Of a stretch of DNA of 64,000 bases, positions 57,801-64,000 are shown piece after piece. The first letter of the stretch is position 1. Every line of letters begins with the position of its first letter. Origin of the DNA: Salinivirgaceae bacterium (lineage in GTDB: Bacteria > Bacteroidota > Bacteroidia > Bacteroidales > SZUA-534); the NCBI GenBank assembly GCA_024405635.1, contig JAKSOL010000005.1, positions 32,001 through 96,000 of the forward strand, given 5' to 3'. A program made the position numbers and the translations under genes. The notes under the pieces were generated by a model. That model was not told the DNA's origin. It ran no database searches and saw nothing but the letters and a program-made list of their open reading frames with translations.

Positions 57801-60800
57801 TTGAGTGGCAACGGTTGTTATTTCGGCAATAACGCCACTAAAACCAAAGGTGAAGTAATAGTTGTCGGCAGTTACTGCATTGTTTGTTGTAATGGTGCCC
57901 GAAGTTAGCGAGCCGCTGGCAGTTGCTTGGCACACGTTCCAAATTGAAGCGCCATCGAACTCAACCACATTAAGTCGTTGTTTAAGCAGTGTTAAGTTGG
58001 TAAACATTGGGCACGACTGACTGTCCCAACGCAAACCCACTTTGGCATTGCTTGCGGCATCGGGACGCTTAACAATCCAGTACTCGTTGTCGCTTATTTC
58101 GGTAAGTGTAGCGTCAATGTTGGCGCAAACGTTGGTTGGGTCTTCGTTTTTGTATTCGGCAGTCCAGTATTTTGCCGATGCGCCATTGTTGTTTACGTTG
58201 CTGAGTGTAATGTAACCCAAACGCGAGCCGTTGCCCACAGGGAATTTAAATGTTCCACTATTGCTGATGTTTTTGCGCAAAGGACCATCGACAAACGAAG
58301 TTGCGCTGCCGCCATTTACTGCCGATGCGCTTGTGTTTGATATGCTTATGAGCGAATTGCTGGCAGTGTAGAGCACTCCATTGGTTAAATAAAGAGTGTT
58401 GGCAACAATCAAGTTATTGTTTGATGTTCCATTGTTGGTTACGTCAACGCCAGCAGGGTTGTTTATCTGCAAATTATAGAATTGAGCATCGGTGCGCACA
58501 TCGATTAGTTGCAAATTGGTGCCAACAAAACGCACAATGCTTGTTCCGCAAATGTAGCCGGAGTTTGTAGTGTTAAGGTCGGTAAAGTTGCCGCCCACGT
58601 AAAAGTCGCGATTTGAAACCGAGTTGTCGATGTGGCAACCGTTTTCAATGGTTACATTACCTTTTGCATAGAACTGCGCAGTGGTAATGTTTTTGGTTCC
58701 GTTGCCTTTAAACACCACATTTTGGAACGGATTGTAGTAGTTGCCCGGTTTAGCAGGCAGTGTGGCGGTGTGTTCGCCATAAAACTCAATGGTGCTTGAT
58801 GCGTTGTTGTAAAATTCAGCATACTCGCCGGCAGGAACTTTAAACGAGTACATGCCGCTTCCGTTGTCAATTTCGCCCACGCTCAAAGTACCACCGCCGC
58901 GAACAATACCCAAGTTATGACCAACGGTGGTGCCCACATCAAGTTTACCGCCCTCGTCAATTGTTACGCTATATGCGCAATTTGGCGACGAACCATCCAT
59001 TGTTATGGTATGTCCGTTTTGAATTATCACCGGGTTGCCGCTTGGTGCGTATTGTGCTGATTGCCAGTTGCCACCTGCATCAACATATTGCCACGAATTT
59101 TTATCGTTCCAGTTGCCCGATGTTTTACTGTAATAAGTAGGCAATTGCGAGTAAGCAGGGAATCCGCAAGTAAAATCGCCATTCAAGTTATCGATGCCCG
59201 AAATGGTGAAGGTATTGGCATCGGCATCAATGCTTGTTTCGTCGGGATAGTGATGCCATTGCGATTCGGCAAAACGTTGACCAATCATAAGCGATTCGCT
59301 ACCGCCGTCGGTCAATAGGTTGTCGGTGTAGGTAAAATCGATGTTGGCCGAAATGTTGTCTAATCCGCTGGTTGTCACCATCCAGTAATAATTCAAGCAG
59401 TTGATTGGTTCGGTGGCTGGCGATATTGATGTGTGCCTATAGTTTATCGGTTTAATATTAACATAACCATTGTTGCTTGTTAGCGACGAGAATGTGTAGG
59501 TTACTGGTGTATAGTTGTCGGCAATGCCTATACAGAATTTAAAACTTCCGGTAAATCCGTTGTCGAAATACTTTATAACGCCCGCATCGCCAATGGCACC
59601 ATTTAGTACAATCATAGCCACGCTTGCATCGTTTATAGTAGCTGTTTTGGTTAAATACAATTGATAATCGTTGGCATACAAATTTTCGCTCAAAGTAAGT
59701 TCGCCGGTTATCTCAATAGCATTGGTCATTTCGGTATAGTTGCCAATTCTGACATTTCCGAACGATGCCACGCTGTTGCCGCTGCTTAACATTGATGCCG
59801 ACGACGACACAAATTGTGTTGAACCTGAACCTTCAAAAGCAAGGTATCCTCCCGCAGCTGAACTTATGTGTTTACCGTCGTTTACAACATTCGATTTGGC
59901 TACTATTTTGTTGCCCGCATCGTCAACTGTACCTCTATTAATGGTGAGTGTGTTTTCGGCGGTGATGGCAACATTGTCTAACTGAACTTTTGAAGGGTTA
60001 TCAAAAGTTAGTTTGTTGAACTTAAGTTTTGGAACTGTTGTTGAGCTTGCACCTATGCCAATAATTTTTTGCAAACCAGTTCCGTCAAATGTAGTGGTTT
60101 GGTTTCCGGTTGATGTGTAATAGTAGCCGTTGGCGTTGTAGGTTACAAAATCGCCAGCAATGTTTAGGTTGTTGCTGTTTACATAAACTTTTGAGTTTCG
60201 GTTTATAGTAAGCGAGCCATTCATGTCGATTGCACTGGTTACAAATTGCAAGGTTTGAGCTTTGCTCTCGGTACCAACCGTAACATTAAAAATTTCGGTT
60301 CCAGCATTCATGTAGTAGGTTTGGTCCGATGCGCACTCTGCATCGTTGCTACCAATTGCAATTGTACCACCTGTGGCGCTCGATGTTGCGCAACTTAGTT
60401 CAATGTCGGCAATGCTTGCGTCGTTTAGTCCGCCACCAAGTATGGTTATTTGACCGCCCGATATGTTAAAGTTACCGTTGTTGCACACCTCAAAAAGAGC
60501 GCGGTGGTTTGTTTGTCCGTTGTCGCGTTTGTTACCAAATATCTTAACCTCGCCACCACTTTGCTTGTATGTTAAATCGCCCAAAGCAACAGCATAGCTA
60601 CGACGAATTTGACCTAACACGTTCAACACGCCACCTCTAATATCAATGGTTGGGTGACCACTGCTATACTCAATGTCGGTTGCACCGGTGGCGGTTCCCA
60701 CTGTAAGTTCGCCGCCATAAACCTTTATTGTGCCATTAAGGTTTAATGTGAGATTGGTTGCGGTGCTATTGCACACATTTACTTTACCGCGGTTAACCCA

Positions 60801-63800
60801 CAGGCAAGCCGACGATTTAACTTCAAAGTTTGCGTTTTCGGTAATGTTCAAATCAACATCATCGGCATCAATTTGGAATGTTCCATTGCGCAAATCGAGA
60901 AAAGCTCCGTCTACTTGAGTTACTGCAATATTTTTCTGCAACGACAACACTGCTGTGGTATCGGTGCCTTTGTCGCAAATAAGATTATACAAACTTATTG
61001 TTCCTGTACCTTTTATTGTGTCGTTGCGAGTACCTGTAAAGGTTGTTACAACGCCGCCGCCTGTATTAAACGCAATTGCGCCATTGCAAACCATGTTGCC
61101 ATACAGGGTAAAGTTGTGTCTGCGGCTGTTTCCGTTACGCAAGTTTGCTCCTGCACTTACGTTTACATTACCCTCAACCACAACGTTTTGTGCACTATTT
61201 GCGTTGTTATACTCCAACGTACCAGTCGCAACATTTAAATCGCCTTTAATTGTTACGGTTCTTGTGCTTATCTGGTTGTTGAATTTGTTAGTAGCCGTAC
61301 CATTGTTTTGCGATGTTAAGTTGCCATAAACGGTAATATCTACATTGGGCAAAGTGGTTGAGCGATTGTTTGTTGCCGACAAAATCAGGTTGTTGTAGGT
61401 TGTAACACTGGCACTTGGGGTAATGTTGTTTGCTGATGCGTAATACTCAACTGTACCACCGCCAGCTCGCAAAAAAGTTCCAAAGTCGCCATTGGGGAAG
61501 TAGTTGTTGCTGCTTATTCGCAAAGTTCCATTACCACCAACAGCGCCATCGGGCAAGAAACCAAAGTTATGACCTTGGGTTGTTCCCAAATCGAGCATTG
61601 ACCCGTTTGCAATGTTCAAACTGCCGCAGTTTACATTGCCGCGACTAATTGTAATGGTGTGGTTGTGGGTTTGGTCGCCAATAAACACAACTGTGCGCGC
61701 TCCCGGAGTGCCTGCACCACCGGCCCCACCAACCTCAACGCTCGACCACGAATTTGCATCGGACCAATCGCCCGGAGTGCTTGAACTGTACAATTTTTCG
61801 GGAGCTCGCGTCATTACAGAAACCGAGCCTGCGGTAAAATCGCCATTAATCACTGGGCAACTTTCCCAACGGAAGTTGTTGTTGTTTTCGTCAACCAACG
61901 ATGTGTTGGTGTTTGGCACCCATTGGTCAACATAATAATATGCGGGAATGTAGCTTGATTCGGCTGTAGCATTATTCACAAAATCGTTTGAATTGTAGTA
62001 ATAGTAATGGTTTACCGATGTTACGCCCTCAAAACCAGCACTTGAGTTGCTCCAATAACATTTAAGTGCATTGTCGGTGTTGTTAAGCACATAGTGCAAA
62101 CTGTTTACAGGCCTACTGGTTACCGAACCGTATGCAGTTGGTTCAACATCAAACTGAATTTCGGCTGGCAAATAGTAGTTGCCAAATCCGTATGGGAAAA
62201 CAAACTTGTTGGTGTTGCTAAACATTTTTGTGATACCGCCATCGGATTGGTTGCCGTCAGTGGTTATCATTTTTCGGTTGCTGAATGCTTTTCCTGCCGA
62301 TTCGTTTGAATAAATATCGGCATCGGCATCGTTAAGATTTAGGTTGTAGCTGCCAATGTTGAGAATTGTATTGCTCAACAACCGCAAGCAGCCAGTTACT
62401 TCAACATTAGAAGCTAATGCAACCGAGCCTCCGCTTTTGTTTATATGAAGGTTGTTAAACGATCCGTTTCCGCTAATGGTTTGCACATTGCCACCATTTA
62501 ATATAATACTACCAGCGGTTGAGTTTGAATTGTAGTGTACTCCGTTGTTTTCAACATTGCCCGAAACGGTAAGAGTTTTTGCATTGTCGGCCAAAGTTGC
62601 ATTTTGTTCAATTGATAGTTGATTGCGAACTACAATGTTGCTTTGTAAACGTAGATATGCGCCATTGGCAACGGTTAAATTGTTAAGGTTGTTATTTATT
62701 GTGCCGTTGTTGCTAAATAACTGAACGTTGCCATTGCCGTTAAAAATTGTAGTGTTGTTGCCTGGTGTGTATGTGCAGCCGTTGTTTATAATAAAGTTTC
62801 CGCCCACATACACATTTTGGTTATTTGCGTTTAAACGGCCACCATTTTGCAAAGTTAAATTATTAAGCACCACAAGAGGCTGAATATCAACAGCCTCCGA
62901 GCCATATCCTTGTTCATACCTCACAATTTGGGTTCCTTCGGTTCCGCTTGTTCCCTCAATAACTAAATCCCAAAACGGAGCAGTACTATTAATGTTTGCA
63001 TTGTATGATTGTCCCCACCAATTTTCGGCAAACACTTTAACCGTACCACCAGTAATATTACAATTCGAAGGGTCGGCACCAATCACAATTGCTCTTCCTG
63101 AACCTTGAGCGTTTCCACTGGTTCCTCTGTGAACTTCTAGAGTTCCTCCGCTCATGTTGAAACTCATGCCCGAATAAGTCATTGAGAAAGTTGGGTGGGA
63201 GTTTTGTACGGCGTCGTTTCCTGTTACTTTCATTGTTCCGCCCGAAATGGTGAGCGAACCGCGGTGAGTACCGTCGGCCACTGATGTTCTGAAGATTGGT
63301 GTTTCAATGTAGCCATCTTGCAACTCAACAGCACCCGACCAACGCATAATAAAACCATGTTGGTTGGTTAAATACACCTTACTGTTTGAGTTTGTAACTT
63401 TAAGTTTACCATAAATGACTAACGAGTTAGCATATCCACCATTTTCTCGTTGGGTTGTTGTAACTGTAGCACCATCAACCCAAAGGCAGGCATTTGCGTC
63501 AATCACATAGTTAAAATCGCTGCTGGCATCTCTTTCCTCAACCATTGACGGCAAAATTATGTTTGCACCTAGTCTAAGTGTACCTTTCATAAGACCTAGT
63601 GCATAGTAATTGTTTACGCCATTGGTATAGTTGGTATAGTCCGATTTCATGCCTGTGTTGTAACCAAAAAGCTTAAAGTTATTGGTATTGCTAGCATCAA
63701 CATTCAAAATGTATGTTTGGTCAATACCTTTGTTTATCTCAATTCGGTAGAAACGAGTTTCGCCGTTCAGCACTACATTCTGGTCTTTTGTACCATCGAC

Positions 63801-64000
63801 AAAAGCCACATCTACACGGTCTTTTCTCCAGTTGAGGTAATCGGGGGCTGTTAGGTTGGTAAAATAGGCAGTACCATTATTGGTAAAGTTGCCATAAACC
63901 TCAAGCCTATGCGCCACTGGCACGTTTGTAATTGCATCTGCACCATTGGTGTGTTTAATTGTTTGTGTAGCTGCCACTTGACCGGTACCTGTACGAATTG
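54882..64000 (-). CDS. Giant repetitive surface protein with T9SS type A C-terminal sorting domain (5'-truncated by window edge)
   Basis: >3,030 aa, frame open to the window end; rich in N/G/T/S. LPITLVNFDA..SWTTLSE..FEIERS domain followed by CTD (IEPNPTNG..IDISNLPRGLYIL..QKIVKL). Confidence 0.9.
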   Translation of the reverse strand, partial: IRTGTGQVAATQTIKHTNGADAITNVPVAHRLEVYGNFTNNGTAYFTNLTAPDYLNWRKDRVDVAFVDGTKDQNVVLNGETRFYRIEINKGIDQTYILNVDASNTNNFKLFGYNTGMKSDYTNYTNGVNNYYALGLMKGTLRLGANIILPSMVEERDASSDFNYVIDANACLWVDGATVTTTQRENGGYANSLVIYGKLKVTNSNSKVYLTNQHGFIMRWSGAVELQDGYIETPIFRTSVADGTHRGSLTISGGTMKVTGNDAVQNSHPTFSMTYSGMSFNMSGGTLEVHRGTSGNAQGSGRAIVIGADPSNCNITGGTVKVFAENWWGQSYNANINSTAPFWDLVIEGTSGTEGTQIVRYEQGYGSEAVDIQPLVVLNNLTLQNGGRLNANNQNVYVGGNFIINNGCTYTPGNNTTIFNGNGNVQLFSNNGTINNNLNNLTVANGAYLRLQSNIVVRNQLSIEQNATLADNAKTLTVSGNVENNGVHYNSNSTAGSIILNGGNVQTISGNGSFNNLHINKSGGSVALASNVEVTGCLRLLSNTILNIGSYNLNLNDADADIYSNESAGKAFSNRKMITTDGNQSDGGITKMFSNTNKFVFPYGFGNYYLPAEIQFDVEPTAYGSVTSRPVNSLHYVLNNTDNALKCYWSNSSAGFEGVTSVNHYYYYNSNDFVNNATAESSYIPAYYYVDQWVPNTNTSLVDENNNNFRWESCPVINGDFTAGSVSVMTRAPEKLYSSSTPGDWSDANSWSSVEVGGAGGAGTPGARTVVFIGDQTHNHTITISRGNVNCGSLNIANGSMLDLGTTQGHNFGFLPDGAVGGNGTLRISSNNYFPNGDFGTFLRAGGGTVEYYASANNITPSASVTTYNNLILSATNNRSTTLPNVDITVYGNLTSQNNGTATNKFNNQISTRTVTIKGDLNVATGTLEYNNANSAQNVVVEGNVNVSAGANLRNGNSRRHNFTLYGNMVCNGAIAFNTGGGVVTTFTGTRNDTIKGTGTISLYNLICDKGTDTTAVLSLQKNIAVTQVDGAFLDLRNGTFQIDADDVDLNITENANFEVKSSACLWVNRGKVNVCNSTATNLTLNLNGTIKVYGGELTVGTATGATDIEYSSGHPTIDIRGGVLNVLGQIRRSYAVALGDLTYKQSGGEVKIFGNKRDNGQTNHRALFEVCNNGNFNISGGQITILGGGLNDASIADIELSCATSSATGGTIAIGSNDAECASDQTYYMNAGTEIFNVTVGTESKAQTLQFVTSAIDMNGSLTINRNSKVYVNSNNLNIAGDFVTYNANGYYYTSTGNQTTTFDGTGLQKIIGIGASSTTVPKLKFNKLTFDNPSKVQLDNVAITAENTLTINRGTVDDAGNKIVAKSNVVNDGKHISSAAGGYLAFEGSGSTQFVSSSASMLSSGNSVASFGNVRIGNYTEMTNAIEITGELTLSENLYANDYQLYLTKTATINDASVAMIVLNGAIGDAGVIKYFDNGFTGSFKFCIGIADNYTPVTYTFSSLTSNNGYVNIKPINYRHTSISPATEPINCLNYYWMVTTSGLDNISANIDFTYTDNLLTDGGSESLMIGQRFAESQWHHYPDETSIDADANTFTISGIDNLNGDFTCGFPAYSQLPTYYSKTSGNWNDKNSWQYVDAGGNWQSAQYAPSGNPVIIQNGHTITMDGSSPNCAYSVTIDEGGKLDVGTTVGHNLGIVRGGGTLSVGEIDNGSGMYSFKVPAGEYAEFYNNASSTIEFYGEHTATLPAKPGNYYNPFQNVVFKGNGTKNITTAQFYAKGNVTIENGCHIDNSVSNRDFYVGGNFTDLNTTNSGYICGTSIVRFVGTNLQLIDVRTDAQFYNLQINNPAGVDVTNNGTSNNNLIVANTLYLTNGVLYTASNSLISISNTSASAVNGGSATSFVDGPLRKNISNSGTFKFPVGNGSRLGYITLSNVNNNGASAKYWTAEYKNEDPTNVCANIDATLTEISDNEYWIVKRPDAASNAKVGLRWDSQSCPMFTNLTLLKQRLNVVEFDGASIWNVCQATASGSLTSGTITTNNAVTADNYYFTFGFSGVIAEITTVATQTICNDGTQTANIDVALYGTAPFTLKYKIGSSEFTQSNINASTYTITRNSAQLGGVAGTYNIELVSVKDASTDGVVKLAAGTIDVLAAYEPVFVDASDVAGFNDVRTYVVENHAGSTYSWSWVGTAPQTTTPNNNSVTVKYPTTGSADGTLYVLKVTETASTGCAISVTHEITMFANPQPSFTAEVNICQTDVIAYQTSQVAGHTYKWYVDGAQVGTSSSVTINWSNYAAGSHTINVVESDSRLSGNKEKTVYVYASPVSQTIADIDAVCEGNQGVVTITGSEQNTTYKLFNQDDVNVGNTLSGTGAAIDFTTVKMTSYGNVNLYITASNQGCEMRIPASGYKTLTVKESPNVTITWPDLYLGAPTDVPFTVNSAVMPTHYSINYTDGGTNVASTALGNIVMTATGSNVEGYVTITANNGCSTDYQFAQTMLEGYVWSGAIDNDWSKTGNWFSNAVPSRTTDAIIRDVTNQPTIKSAAEVKSVKIESGGLTIENNNQLDVYGDWKCNDAATFTSNASTVSFNGASNVESDASFFNLAVASGASLSLGANALTVNGNIENNGTINGETSTLTLQGSAAITLSGSGDFNLNNLTIDNANGASLQTNLNINGALALVSGEVETNGNLITLNATATATSAAVNAYVNGQIRKNNIAAGTEFVFPIGNNGHRGMIGVNPVSVGSFTVGYSFNDDPDGEEIENKAESLLAVSQIDNWDVVCNSSPSVSSYISLYWDDNATSQINDASAMVVAHYNSSTSSWDDMGGSASSNGSGGKVTCTVPFSSYSPVALASSSLVNPLPITLVNFDAKQNGNAVEVSWTTLSELNNNRFEIERSTDGENFTLIGVVNGANTSNNRINYSFTDNNPEFGYQYYRLRQVDFDGQSTYAGKTICVKFVAQNDEPHLTIEPNPTNGKFTIEVNQSLADGNYAIFAQTGQVVKLGSVVGSTSVIDISNLPRGLYILQYTSSNVVMNQKIVKL

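Overview
This is chromosomal DNA from a Bacteroidota (most likely Bacteroidales) bacterium. The evidence is TAnnTTTG -7 promoter boxes, A-rich leaders without Shine-Dalgarno sites, a T9SS cargo protein and lineage-typical gene families. Left flank (1-14.5 kb): TPR protein, DUF368, aroE, pyrBI, murA, DHH phosphoesterase, two FKBP lipoproteins, a membrane polyferredoxin, an orphan SiaB/SiaC pair, and a MORN / DUF6057 / TolB-like lipoprotein trio. Middle (~14.6-37.6 kb): a visibly AT-richer surface-polysaccharide locus in two divergent arms. It carries fdtABC-type 3-amino-sugar genes, TagD/TagF-like genes, wzx, wzy, several glycosyltransferases, an O-antigen-ligase-like gene with an inserted CBM-like domain, two different initiating transferases and a WbuC-aminotransferase fusion. 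It ends in a two-gene module: a nucleotidyltransferase-PLP enzyme fusion plus an opine dehydrogenase. That module sits between the intact carB 3' end and a decayed second copy of the carB 3' end with its terminator, which looks like an integration scar. Right flank: carAB, rpmH (missed by the ORF track), a thioredoxin-fold protein, a membrane protein, an Aas-like fusion, pdxK, a membrane-GNAT fusion, a YeiH-family exporter, a hybrid kinase lacking its phospho-His, a DUF3078 barrel, and a >3,000-aa repetitive T9SS protein running off the window. I saw no rRNA, tRNA, CRISPR array, transposase or integrase. All family calls come from motif recognition by eye, with no database searches.
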